The notes below the pieces were generated by a model. It saw only the letters and a list, made by a program, of their open reading frames with translations. It was not told the origin of the DNA and ran no database searches. Positions 26,375 to 40,856 of a stretch of 64,000 nt of DNA are shown here, piece by piece. The position numbers and the translations under genes were made by a program. This stretch comes from Adineta vaga (lineage: Eukaryota > Animalia > Rotifera). The stretch lies in assembly GCA_021613535.1 (NCBI GenBank), contig CP075496.1, positions 7,750,001 to 7,814,000 on the forward strand, read 5' to 3'. Every line of letters starts with the position of its first letter. Within the stretch, counting starts at the first letter, position 1.

Positions 26375-29300
26375 ATGTCAAACAAAGATATAAGAATTTG
26401 TTTCATCGTATTTCAAATTATTTATTTGATATTCGTAGAATCAAGTGAGATATATAAAAATCTAGTTCAGAATTATATTATTATTTGATAAATAGAAACT
26501 TATGAGACAGATCGTAAAGAATCCAATGAATTTTTAAATACAAAATTTTCATTTCGAAGTAAATATGAACAATCACGTGAAACAATTGAAATAACTCGTG
26601 AAGTATGAGAAATCCTTTCGATTTTTTATCTCTATGTAATTTTATTTTCATTAGTCTTGTCTTGACGAATATCGACAACAACAAAAATTATCTCATCGTC
26701 GACAAGCTTTATCTCCAGTTTGTGCGCAATACTGTACAGAAACAATGGATTGTGAAGAAGAGAAAGGTAAATTCACAAATAAATTTAGGAAACAAGAAGA
26801 TGAACAAATATGTTTTAGAACAATTGGCTTGTGTCAATCCACTATATCCATCATGGCCAACACGAACGTTAAAATATACAAAAAAATTTGAACGAATTTG
26901 TTATATAAGAATTACAGAAGTATTAAGATATGAATCAGCTGAACAATTATGTCGAAAACATGGATTAGAATTAGCTGTTATCGATAATATGCCTTTACTT
27001 GAACGATTGAAACAAATGAATATGTGTAAGATAAGATTTGTTTGATAGTGATTTGCTTAAGAAAAAACTATATGTTTAGTCAATACGACATGTAAAGGTC
27101 AATGTCCAGAAACCAGAGGTTACTATATTGGATTAAAACGACAGATGGATAGAGATGGTCTCTCAGAATCTAAATGGATTTGGTCGAATAATGTCACTTG
27201 GATGCAAAATAAAACAGATGTGAGTTCTATTTTTAGTATTATTATAATATATGTGAAGTTAAATCTACTAACGCTAGTATCTATATGATTATATATATAA
27301 CATCATCGCTATTTAGTCATTAATACATATTGTCTATCTTCTCAAGGCTATTAGTCATAGTTATATCAGTTCAATTAATAAATGAAAGTTACCATACTGT
27401 AAGATTTTCAAAGTCATCTCTTAGTAAACGATTGTTCACTTAAGTACATTAGTAAGACGTTTTTTGTATATATGTCTACGTAACATTCAAATGTATGTTA
27501 GGTAATGAAACCAAAATCTTTCGTCAGTCTTTTTTGTTGTAGTGTGAAGATGAGTATACCAATACATCGTTCACAAATGCCAATTTTCTATGTTACACTG
27601 GATTAGATGGACAAAAGGTTAGTTATTTATATTTGATTTCAAGATAATTTTGATTTGATTTAAACATGTAGAAAGTTACAGTGTGGAATATTGGTGAACC
27701 AAATAATTATCGATCAAGTATCGTTGATGCTGGTGAACAATGTGTTGAGATTATTGCACGTCCAGATAAAAATGGTTCATATGAACAAATAGGACGATTA
27801 AATGATATTCGATGTATTAAACCAGCATTAGGTGTTATATGTCAAACAAATGGTTTGTTTTCCTATTACTCTAGTGAAATATTTATGATTGATTTTAGAC
27901 TTAAAACCAGTCAATACGAAAAGATTTGAATCGTTTGCAACAATTGTAGGATTTAATGAAACGGAAGTAGAGAGAGACGAAGAGACACAAAATAAAACAG
28001 AAGGTATAGATTTAGTAAATAATCTACTATCAAGTTTTGACGGTTCAATTGCAATGAATTTAAATGCTGTGGCGAAAATGACTGCTGGCTTAGAAGGATT
28101 ACTTGCTTTATCGTCGTTTACAAATAAACAAGCAAATAATGTTTTCAATGTTATAGATCAACTCATCGATATTACTGGACAAATCAATGTTGAAGATGAT
28201 TCTTTAAAAGAAGTGACGAACAAGTAATCGATCTTTATTAATTCATATCTGTTGAAAATTTCTCTCATTAATAGATTACTACATTTTCTCGACTTATTTG
28301 CAGCAAAGATCGAAATTGATGATAAAGATGAACAAAGCACTTCATTTCACTATGAGAATATGGATACTGTATTAGTAAATCTGAATCTTGATCAACAAAT
28401 TCAGGAAAACAATGATAATGGATGGTTTACTCTAAAATCTAGTATTTCTGTTTAAAAAAGTTAATTTATGAACTTATTTCGTTTTTTTTGTACCTCTCTA
28501 GATACTTCTGATGGTCATCCAAATACTATTACTCAATTGAATATACAAGCATTGCAAGCATATGCTGAATCAACGGATAATTATCGCATTATTGAGACCG
28601 TATTTTCTAATTTTAATCTCTTTCCACAATTGAATAGAAAGAATGGTAGTACTAGTAAACAGTTACTTGGAATGCCGATATCTTATCAACTAGCGAATTG
28701 GACAACAATAAAGATAGATGAAGATCTTATTCGATTTCAAATACGAGTATCCACAGTAAGAGTGTCTAGTTTTGAGTAGATAATTTGATTTGATTTTTAT
28801 CTAGGAAATTCAAACACGTAATATATCCTGTATTTATTGGTCATTCGATGAAAATAATGGTTCATGGATAGAAGATGATGGATGTCGTTTTGTTGGATAC
28901 ACAAATGATTACGCTCAATGTTATTGTAATCATTTGACACATTTTGCGTTACTTTTGGTATGTAAAGAAAAAATAAATTTGAAGAATATTGAGTAGTGTA
29001 CACAGTCAAATGATCTATAATAAATAGTAAATTTAAAATTGAATCTTTGATGACAATGATCAAGATCTCTGTCTACGTGAAGTGAATACAATTGAATTTT
29101 ATATCATATAAAAGATGAAGAAAACAGGTTGCTAATTCGCATTATATTGCTTTAATTCTTTCGCTATTCTAAACAACAGTAATGTATAAATGTCTTATCC
29201 AAATGGATGAGAAAACTAACCGAATACTTTCAGTTTACACGAAATTTACAATAGATGGCCTTTGATTTTATGTATAGTTTATAAATTTATTTATGTTTCT

Positions 29301-30584
29301 CTATTTTTCAGTTACCTGAATCTGAACAGTTCATAGAACCATTATCAACTATCGAAGAATTCATCCTGCTATTCGTCACATACCTCGGTATTGGTTTATC
29401 AATATTTGGTCTCGTCATAACATTGATTACTTACTTACTTTTTCGGTAATGAAAAAAACAAACTAAATTGATCTATCGATATTCGATCTAATACTTTGAT
29501 TTCTTTTGATTTAGGCGTTCAAAAAAAAACTATCTTCATTACAGTTTATTTATGCTTTGTGTATCAATCTTATGTGTCAACTGTCTTTACATACCATTTA
29601 GTCTGACGAAACCAGAAATTGGAAGATATAATTATTGTAATATTGTTGGATTTTTATTTCATTATTTCATTATATCATCATTTATGTGGATGTTAATTAT
29701 GGCTTCTATTCAATACATGTATTTTGTTCAAATATTTAATACTCATATTTCACATTTTGTTACTAAAACAACACTATTTGGTTGGATTCTTCCATTAATG
29801 TTTCCAATCCTTGTTGTTTCCATTGGTATCAATGGTGGTTATAAAGGTCAAACGAGGTGTTGGATACACGATGAAATTCTTCGGTATATTACCTTTTTGG
29901 CACCGATATCTATCATTGTCTTATGTAATTTAATACTCTTTATCATTATATTGAAAAGTCTTTTTCGACGTGATCCAGATTTTCTTACACATCAAAATAA
30001 TCGATCGAAATTACAGATGAGTGCTGCAGTCTGTTGTTTTGTGTCCATTGGTAAATGAGCTAATCGATAGAAATGATCGTATCTATCGTTTTTTTACTTA
30101 TTTAGGTTGTACATGGGCATTTGGTATTTTAGTTTTAATTCGACCATCATTTATTCATCAACTCATTTTTTGTATAAGCAATTCTCTTCAAGGTTTTCTT
30201 ATTTTTATTTTTCATGTGTATTTATCGAAACCAAAACGAGATTTATGGAAAACATTTTTCATTCAACGTGGTTTACATCAACGTTCAAATTTATCTGACA
30301 TTCATGCTGAACACTCATCAGCTAGTGATTCAAGTGCGAAAAATTTTAGTGGTTTATCACATCCAATGAAAATTCGTACTACGGCAACATCAGCAAACAA
30401 TCAATCGTCAGAAGGAATATCAACAACCAATCGTTCATATCCAGATCATGATAGAAATATTTTATTGACTCCAGAACGTTTACAACCTGGTCGTATAGCT
30501 CATTTAGTCTTACATCCACAACCGGATTTTCTTTATGACCGAATACGAAGAGCTAAAATGGACACAAACAATCATTATGCTTAA
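26375..30584 (+). CDS. Adhesion GPCR with signal peptide, C-type lectin domain, GAIN/GPS and 7TM
   Basis: Reconstructed start MSNKDIRICFIVFQIIYLIFVES; CTLD (CY...AEQLC...LAVID...YYIGL...WNIGEPNN...EQCVEI...LNDIRC...VICQ); GPS CIYW...W...GC...CYCNHLTHFALLL; secretin-like TMs (CNIVGFLFHYFIISSFMWML, GWILP, CWI, LGCTWAFG, NSLQGFLIFIFH). Confidence 0.93.
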
Positions 30585-30754
30585 AAAGAAATATTTATTC
30601 ACGTACTTTATGGAATTATTTTGTTTTCCTATGCTCATTTGCTTTCTTTTCTAATTAGTTTGCTTTGGTTTACATAACGATTATATTTAGAGCGAATAAA
30701 GCTTATTATTTACTGAATTATGAATTGATATAAACGAAGTAGACGTGTTAAACT

Positions 30755-30884
30755 CTAATGCATAAGATCCGAAGAATGATTTTGATACTGACCATCTAGT
30801 TTGTTGTTATTATTGAGTTTTGATGGATAAGAATCAAAATCTTCATATTGAGAAAGGTAGGTATCATCACGAAATGTGCAAGCA
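30755..30884 (-). CDS. Candidate alternative terminal exon of the Kir gene
   Basis: CAG acceptor after a pyrimidine-rich tract. Joined to the phase-2 donor GA|GTATGT it reads DACTFRDDTYLSQYEDFDSYPSKLNNNNKLDGQYQNHSSDLMH*. Confidence 0.45.
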
Positions 30885-32153
30885 CTGATGCGTTGATAAA
30901 AGCATATATTGATGCAAAGAAAAAATGAATTAGAAAAAACAAATACGAATGTTCAAGAAGAACTACAATCGAAAGTTTATTGTCATAATAACTGGAGCAT
31001 AGTATTTTTTTTCTTACTGTGCAAGCTTCTTTTTTAAAGTTCCTGTTTCACTGCTGTGTTATATGTTTGTTAATAAAAAAAAGTGATCATTCACATTATA
31101 AAATAAACTGTTTCATTAACGTAAATATTTTATTTTGTAAATCAACAAATATCTAAGATATGCTAAACTATGTCATTAACTGAAACTATGCGTAGCTGAT
31201 CATTATGTATCATATACTTTTGATTTATATATTCAAGAAAAGCATAGTTATGTAGAATGTAATCGATCAGATTGTTTGAGTAAATAAATAGAATTCCATC
31301 CTAAATACTAACAAATGTAACGAAATAATTTACGTTATATTCTTTTTTTTAATATACTGAAAACATACAGCTTAAAGCCGAATAATGAATATGTCTTAAG
31401 ATTGTATTCGACGTCATTGAAAATGATTACTACTTAATGAAAAATATAGATGCATAACAAAACAACATAGATTTGTTTGCATGTCGAATAATCTTCTTGA
31501 TGCGAAATTCTCATAATCGAATTGTTAATCAAAATATACATCGTCTGAGAAAGTGTTTTTATAAGATTATACTGGAATTTACTCTTATATCAGTGTATAT
31601 TTGTTTTCCTAAAAACTCTAATTGATATATAGACAGATCTATTGATCTCAATAGGATATAATCATAACCATCTGGTGAAGTTCGTAATTGCATTAAAAAA
31701 CATTTCGATACTAAAAGTATTACTTTAACGCATAAAAAATAAATAATACTCATCCGATAAATTTCGTTTTCTCTTGTAAATAAGCACATATGCACTATAC
31801 ATCTATATACAACCAATTTGCACTTCAGTGTGTGCATAAAAACTAGTAATAAAGCAAATATAGAATTATTTCAAGGAACAAAACCTGTTAACAAGAAAAA
31901 CGATGAAGGTCAAAAAATAAAATACATAGATAGATAGATAGTTATCTATTCAAGGTAACCACCGTTTATATAATTTTGACAGGTAAAACAAAGAAAATAA
32001 ACGACCAATTTAACCGAGTTTGAGCTAGATCACTGGTTAATGTTTTTCATTATATACAATTGTGCTATCACCTGAAAACAACGGAAAATTATTGCAAGAG
32101 AATTAATATTGTACGAACAAGAATAAACTACTGGATGTATGTCAACGTGACAG

Positions 32154-35100
32154 TCACAATGTGCTCTCTTTTTTTTCTTGCCAAACGAAAGACGATGCTG
32201 TTGTTGTTGCAGTATTCGGCACCGTTGCCGACTTATCAGATTTTCTAGAACAAAGAAAAAATACAAATGATTTCAAATTTTTCAATCAATTATCACAAAA
32301 CATACTCCTGATTATGATATGAATTATTTTCATGCCATTTTTCTAATTCATGTAGTTCTTTTAAGTCTTTAGCACTACATGTTATCATATCGACTGGATA
32401 AGTTAAATTAAAACGTGAATAATCAATTCGATATAATCCATCATCACGTTGAAATGAAATTAAACGTTCAAAACGATATCCCCATAAGATTTCCGATGGT
32501 AAATAAGATGTTCGTGCTTGCGTTGTCATACCAGTTGATTCAATAATACCTTCAAGTATAACAACTAATTCAAAACGTTGTTTTGCTAAATCAGCACGAC
32601 TAACATCATACAAAGGTGATTGTTCATCGATAATATGTTCAATAACTAATGGCCAAATTAAAAATAATCGATCGATACCTTTATCAAATCCAACATTCAT
32701 ATCATATGTATGTAATGGTAGAATTTCTCCTTCTAAAGTAACACGTTTTTTTATCAAATACATTCGTATATGTGCTTCAACAATATGAGATTTTCTCATA
32801 TCACCAACACGACATTGTAATGCCATTTGTCCATCACGTAAACATATAACTGCTTCACGTGACCAAATTAATGTTTCCGTACGTTTTTTTGGTCGTGAAA
32901 TTTTTGCAAAGACAACACCGACCATAAACGATTGTAGTAAAACTCCAATACTCGATTGAACCATCATAACAACAATACCAAAATAACATGTTTCTTTAAC
33001 AACTCGAGTACCATAACCAATTGTTTGTTGTGTTTCAATTGAAAAAAGTATCGCACCAGCAAATGAATGTACACCAGCTATACATACGGTATAATTACTT
33101 GTTTGATAATGATGATCAAGACGAAGATCTCCATGTATATACATTAATAAATACCAGATTAAAGCAAATGCTAACCAACTTAAACAAAAGCCAAGTGTAA
33201 AGAGAAATAATGTATAACGCCATTTTAAATCAATTAATGTTGTAAAAATATCGGCAAGATATTGACGACGACGTTTTTCAATATTGAATCTATGTTTAGA
33301 CAATAATATAAATTGTACTGTAGAAAAAGAAATTTATTGTATTTGATAGATTACAAATACCTTTCGAAAGTCTTCTTTGTTAAATGAGATTTTCTACCGA
33401 TTCAATTTGATTAATATCGTTTTCACAAGTTTTCCTTGAAAGATTCTCGTATTATTCATTGAACTATGAAATTCATCTACATTTATTGCAATCTACTCGA
33501 CTGAAACTGTTTCTTTCTTTTTTTAACCATATTTGATGTTGTTACTATATGTAAAAGTACGACTTCCTCTTTCGAGAGAACAACTTGTGAAAATTAAACT
33601 CATTCTCAATGGAAGCACACTTATGTATTTATCATTTCTTCATTGTCAAATTCATAAAATTGAACAGTAGTTTTGCTTAAAAAAACATTATAAAAAACTT
33701 CATTAAACCTATATTATTTTTCAGATTCATGTCATTTTGTTCCCTTCTTTTTCTACTCGTTGATCGATCAATTTCAAAAAAGAAACGCTATCAAAGAACG
33801 GAAAAGACTAAGTAGTACTTAATGCGTAAGAAAGAAGTCAATCGTTCGCGTTTTTGAATAAGAAAAATAATAACTTTATCGCTACATCTCTCATATACAA
33901 AAGATTATTTATTAAATATAATTTCATTTGACTTATCACAAACTTCTTTAAAGGAACGATTCGACGTTAAATCAAAAAAGTAATTCTATATGCAAAAAAA
34001 GAAAAACTCAATCGGTGTTCACAGTTGTCAGTTAGTCTTCGTATTGACATCTACATATGGATATGGGAAAAAGAGTTGAATAAATATTTTAAAAAACTAT
34101 TGAAAGTTGTATCGAAGATTTCTTTTCTGTTCATCTTTATGACGATAAGATAGAGCAAAGAAAACGAATAGAAGTAAATTAGGTCTGCAAGAAACTGTCA
34201 ACTAAATATGATTTATTAGTCGACGAAGAAGAAAACATAAAACTCCAATCAATGATTAATGATTTTGCTGTTTTCTTCTCCTTGAATCGAAAGAAATAAA
34301 TGTTCGATTAATTCAGTCGGAAATTCATTTATATCTATATTTTCCATGCTGGTTATCTAGTAGCGTTAATATTCTCAACGAATTTTTCATCTTCGACAAA
34401 ATGAACCAAAGAAATTTGATCGACTCTCTTTTCTTTTTTTTTATTCCCTTCGTATATAGACATACACATTCATACATCTTAGAGCAATTTCCTATTTTCT
34501 TTTCCTTCTTGCTTGAGTAATAATGAACAAGAAAATAAATTAGTTACCTGGATATGTTAACTTCACCGTTTTTAAGTAAAAGTCGACGTTGACTATTTGC
34601 ACGTGACGCAAGTTTAGCAAGAGCAGAATCTTTGATACTAAATATTGTATCATTGTTTTTATCACAATTATTCGTTACGCCACCGTCGCCTAAAAGGCGC
34701 AACGCTTTCGTACCTTTCGTTGTGCACTGCAGCCTGGAAATCGACAAAAATTGAAAATGATTCTATCTTCTTTGAATAAAAGAAATTATTTTCTTTATAC
34801 TTCTATACTTTAATAATGAAGAATAGAAAGCAATAACATTTCTGTATCGAATGTCAACAGGGAAGAAACCATAATTGTTATATAGTTTTATGTTATATAT
34901 ATATATAAAATAATGGAAAAGAGAGAGAGAGAGAGAAAGAAATAACTAGAGTAAGCAGATGGTCTCTTTATGACAGTATCTCTATTTACTCCCCATCTAT
35001 TTCTCTTTGTATCGATCTGTAATGCTCTAGAAGAGAAATATGTACATTAGTCTCATTTAGAAAGGAAGTAACTGCTACTTAGAATGTTATTTTAGATTCG

Positions 35101-35749
35101 TCTAGGTTATAGAATAGATGGATTCCAGGAAAAAATTTTCTTCTTACCTTGTCATTAGATGTGAGGTATTATGCAAATAACCATTTTCTTTCATGGATTT
35201 TACGGATTTAGTATTTGATCTCGTCGATGAATCGAGTGCAGTTGATTCAGTTAGTGGTGATATTTGTTCGTCATCATTTATTGATGTTGTGGTATGTGAA
35301 ACAGAACTGAATAGTCGATCTAATGTCAGCAGACGATCTCGAGACATTTTATGTGTATTAAGAGATTTCGGTTGATGTTGTTGCTGATAGTAATGTTGTG
35401 AATGTTTTGAAAACGAATCTGTAGCTGTTTTATCGTCACTTGGTGAACGCGCTCTTTTATGCCAAGGAACAGGTAACGATATCGCACTTAATTTTCGACG
35501 AACATTCGATGATGTATTTGTGAGTGATGGTGTTGGTGATGTACTTTTTGGTACTGTAATCGATTGTTTTCGTACAGGTTCAAAGTTTACATGATAGAGA
35601 TGATTGGAACTTATTTTCGAAGACGATAAATGAAGTGGATTGGAAGGAACGTCGTCTGAATGTGTTCCACGTAAATTGAAACTGCTGTGACGTTTATTAA
35701 CTTTAGTTTCGTTGGCTTGAGCCACAAGCAGATGACTTGTCGACGACAT
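32154..35749 (-). CDS. Inward-rectifier potassium channel (Kir/Irk), 4 coding exons, long disordered N-terminus, C-terminus ...KKESTL
   Basis: KNGEVNISR|FNIEKRRRQYLADIFTTLIDLKWR, FSIETQQTIGYG filter, FAKISRPKKRTETLIWS, RVGDMRKSHIVEAHIR, FELVVILEGIIESTGMTTQARTSYLPSEILWGYRF. Confidence 0.96.
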
Positions 35750-38700
35750 GAGCCAAATAAAATTCTATATGTGGCCTAGAATAAGAATGTACGATCAAAA
35801 TTACTTTCGAACAAGCTGTAACAGAACATGATAAAATATCAGTCATATTCAATAAATGTCATATATTTCCTTCTTTTTCTCTTTATATCCTATCTAATTC
35901 CGACTTTCATATGTGTTCTTTGTCTCTCGTTCTCGTTTTTTCGCATAAATACACAAACATGTTCTGAGTGAACAATACCAACTGAATGAAGAAAATTTAA
36001 AGAGATTTTTCTTTCTTCTTTCGGTCATAGAGGGATGAACATTAATTTACTTAAATATACTACTCATTCTATTTTGTCGTATGATAAATTTCTTCTAAGC
36101 GAACATACACACACACACATTCACTTCTTCGACTTATTATTCTTTCCTCTGTTTTCTTACTTTCTTTCTTTCTTTTTCTTTCATTTAACGTTAAGAACCA
36201 GTTTCATTCTCACCGGCTTCCTCATTTTGTTTTCTAGTTCTTATTCGCTCATTCCTTTCATATTCTTCACATCAGATTATAATAACGATTACGATGATTT
36301 CTTCCTTTTTTCTTCTCTTCTCAGTCGTTCTATTTTGAAAGGAAATTTACTTTGAACATGTGAGCGAATATTTGTATTTTCAATGCACACATCATCATCA
36401 GCTCATGTTTCACTAACACGATCTTCACGGCACGCTTCAGGCTTTCTCTTGATACATCTACTCACTTTCTCCTATCACGTAGGATCATTTCTTACTCGCT
36501 AATATTTTCCTTCCTATATATTGATCAAGGTAAAACTTACAAAGAAATTTGATCATCAAACTATTGCAGAAACAACAAAGACAATTAGCAATGTCTTTCC
36601 TTCTGTCAAACTCTAGTCACAACTAGAACAAAAACAAATGAATGTTTGCTCTCAAGTTTCTTCAATTAAACTTGAAAACTAAAAGTAAGGAAAAGGAAAA
36701 CATGCGTAGTTAATCAGGCGATCAAGCATACATGTTTTTCCGATCGATCGTTACTTCTATAAACTAAACTAATCAAAAATAAAAGAACAATTATATTTCA
36801 TCATTAAAATATAATTTAGAAAAAATTTATATATAATCTATGTTTTCAATTAGAAAGAAAAAAAACTAACGAAAGAGAAAAAAAAGATAATATGTCATGA
36901 AAATTTCTTTTTAGCAAACTTGTTTTTTTTCTCAATGACACTTGACTTTCTATTCAAATGTATAAAGAAAACAAATCAATTTCGGAACTGTTGTTACATC
37001 CTCTCGCTCTCTCTCTTTCTCTCTTTCTCTCAAAAATCATGTTATTCAATGAAGCACAGACAGGGAAAAAAAAGAAACAACAACCCAAATAATCGTATTC
37101 CTAATCACATACAAATTTGCAATCCCCAAATGAATCAATAAGGAAAGAACAATTCTATCATTATGAATTCTTCTAAAGAAGATCGTAGTCGTATCAAATT
37201 AGTTCTTTAGAGCATTTACGATTATTATAGTATGATGAATAGGACAATGTTTGTTTTTGTTGAACTGAATCTCTTAATCGAAATTTACCTATGATATTGA
37301 TCCATTCTTGTATATATGTATTTTTTTAGTATTATTCTTCGATCTATGTATACTAGTGAGAGTTCCAGGATATATATATATATATGTGTGTGTGTGTGGA
37401 AGGAGAGAGAGGAACAAAGAGAGAGATATGAATTATGACGTAAAAAGAATGTGCGAAAGATCTTGTTGTAGTCAGTGGAAAAGCGTCAATAGATGTTTTA
37501 TTGCTACAAATGTAAGAGATGATTATCTTTTCTTGTCGTTCTGCTTTGACGACATACGAATAAACGCAATTAGACTGTTTGTACGTAAATAATACCACAC
37601 TTATTGGAGGGGTGGGTGCTTGGCCTGATAAATGCTACTCAAAAACAACAGAAAAAGAAAAATAAGTCGTCGATTCTAAAGTATGAATATCTATACGAAT
37701 ATATCTCTATGCTTAAAGCAATTGTCTGTCGAATCGATCACAATTAGGGAAACCAACAGAGAAATACTTTGAAGAAAAGAAAGAGAAAACGTTGCCTGTA
37801 GAGGAGCAGCTGTTGATATTTGGTTTATTGTTTGTTTTGTCTTGACTTCATTAAAAGACGATTATTGACTAGCATAAAAAAACCGATAAAGGTTAGATAT
37901 CTCGAATCTCATGTTTCTATTCAGATTTACATATAATTATCAAAAAAAGAACATAATAGAGAAACAAAGATCATTTCTGAAGAAAATCTTATAAATAATG
38001 AAATACTTGGATAGTGAGTCGAATTCTCATCCATCATAGCTCTACATGGATCGAGGGTTAGTAGAAGAAATGAATAAATAAATAAATACTCAAAAAAAAA
38101 CGACAGATGCTAGTTGACATATTCTGTTAACGAAGTTGCTTTCTATCGAACATCAATCAATATTGAATGATGTCTAATTCCAATCGGATTTGTTGATCCA
38201 ATCAAAAAAATTCAATTTCGATTAGCAAAATAAATCTATCGAATAAATCGACATCTATTCATTTTCCTACAATAGATGCAAAGAAAAACACAAGAAAATC
38301 TTATTTTCTGTCTGAATAGATAAAATAATCTCGATCTCGATTTTTCTTTCCGTATATCCGTTTTTACATATTAATAATCGATTTATATATCATTATGTTA
38401 ATGTCAAATTAATTACGAAAAAAAACGTTCTAGTTAAAATTACACATTTTTTTCTCTATTTACATTCTAGCCAAATCGGCTCATCTGCTTCATAAACACT
38501 TACAGTTAAGTAATCTGGTATGATAATATCATTTCTATGTTAGTTTACTAAACGACATTGACAGTACTATTACCGTACCACTTAGAGCGATGGCAACACA
38601 AACTATAACAATAATGTTATATCATCAAGGACAGTCTATCAACGAACGCGTTTTATCTTCTCTGTTTCTCTTTCGAAGAAAATCATGGGATAGAATATGA

Positions 38701-40856
38701 ATTGAATTAAAACAGTATCTAACTATGTACGAATGATTTCATACCTAAATAAGACATAAGAAAAACGAGATGATCTTTATGGAGAACAAATGGTTTGCAT
38801 CACTGAAGTTGTCTATGAAAATCATGAGAAATCTTTAGTTGAAACCATTAATCTTACGGTGTTGTGCGAGAAGAAAATTTTCTTTCTGAAATTATCTTTC
38901 ATTAACTGATTTGCAGATATCACGAGACTATGCTTATCATTTTCTTTTTTTTAAATTAATCTTTCTTTGTCAAAGAAAATTGATTGGAATCTAAGACAGA
39001 AGAAAACAAAACAAAAACCTGATCCTCTAGGGAATATGGTAAGATAAGTTATGTTAATTAAATAACACGCATTATTTCCTATAGAATTTTATGTTTAAAC
39101 TATATCTCGATTGCTAACAATGTCAAATTATTTCTTTAGGACGATCTATTTTACTGTAAACCATACTGACCTTGGAACAGCTGAGAAAATCGGAAACTAA
39201 TATTCAATATGATTAATGTTTCTTAGAAACAATGAAGAAATCGAACGAAACGAAGAAGTGACAATAATCATTCACCTTGATAACAACTTATTGATTGTTT
39301 TTTTCCATAATAGAAAGACTACTAATCATCCGTTAATTTATATTTGATTACATAGAAAAACAAAATAGATCATTCAGATAATGTGATGCTATTCTTCTTG
39401 AATCCACTCGACTGAAAATAGACAATTCAACTCTAAGTTTCTTATTGAATGTCATCGAAATAGATTTATAGAAAGTCAATCGGTGCTTAGAAATGTTTCT
39501 TATCACAAAGAAGAAGTTCTTTGAATAAATTTGATAATTAGTTAAATCTTCTTGTCGATTGATTGATGACAACATCCACTAAAAGAAATCAATTTTGACG
39601 ATTTTTTTAGTTTATAGATGAAGTCGAATGGATGCTTTCATAGAATATTTGTTTATTAGCTAAAAATACAAACAATAGTTGTATATAAGAAAATTTATAT
39701 TTGATTTCACACAAATCGAATCACTTTTTAAAATGTGCAGACAGTATCAATGGCACATATCTACTAAAACAGTAATTTACTTTCCGATGTGTCCCTTAAA
39801 AGTGAAATGCACTAGTTTATTGTAAAAGTTTTCAAAATATAAGTTAAACGTAATAAAATCTCTACAGTGGATTTGTCATTGTATCTTGACACTCATTTGT
39901 ATACATGACGAAGCCGTTTGAAATCAATTGAAAAAAACTTTTGTACACATCATCGAATTAAATATATTTTAGAATATCTAGATAATATACAGTCTATTTA
40001 ATTCAGCTCTTTATATTTGTTGTAAATAAGATGAATTTGGCGAATGATACAAATCAAGAAGAAAATTCATAGTCTTCAAGAATGCACAAATGATGAAAAA
40101 GTTGAATGTCACAATTGTGTATCAGACGATTCTACAGCTGCTGCAATATCCATAAGATGATGATTAAAATACTAGAAATGTTAAATATCTATTACCTATT
40201 AATCAATCGAATGAACTAAGTTGATATGAAAGTTTATCATTTTAATGTTTTTACTTGCTTTAGCGTTTCTAGATTTATGTTGACAAATAGAAAAATATGC
40301 TTAGATCCCAAATAATTGAGAAGTCAAATATGAATTTTTTCTTTTAGTATTTCCAGAATCATATGTTGTTTTATTATTATGTTACAATATCTTTTGATTA
40401 TGCGAAGAAAAAAAATGAATTATACGTTTTCGTTTCGTCATTGAAGATTTATCAAATAATTAAATAGAGAATAAAAATATCATTTGGCCTGTAGATTAGT
40501 TCAGTCGACATTTTTTTATGTGAGTATGTGTTAATAAATGTTCTCGACTTACGACTTGTAAATTACTTTGAATGCGTGTACAATATCAAAACAATATTTA
40601 ATTTTATTCAATCAAAAAATCTTCTTTGTTAACTAAATTTTAAATGACGAAAAACTATTTCTTCGTTTCTTTGTTAAGAGAAAAAAAGCAACCATTTCAA
40701 AAAAATTTCTCTTTCATTCTAGATCGCCTAACAAGCTCTTAATGTAAAGTTTTTTTTTCCTTTTTTTCTTCTCGGTTGTAATTTTATTCGGATTGAAAAT
40801 AGACGAAGAGAAGAAAAAAGAAAAAGAAGTTTACACATGTGTTCGTCGGAACGACG

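Noticed and set aside
26605-26818. ORF-track N-terminus MRNPFDFLSL... for the adhesion GPCR
   Set aside because: It reads through introns in the wrong frame; splice phases support the signal-peptide start at 26375.
33361-33604. Possible extra coding exon in the Kir intron (donor AAG|GTATTT at 33360)
   Set aside because: All three frames contain stops shortly before the donor; at most a non-coding alternative 5' exon.
35750-40800. Short ORFs in the Kir/F-box intergenic region
   Set aside because: Low-complexity F/L/I/K-rich translations of AT-rich or microsatellite DNA, with no domain or consistent exon chain.
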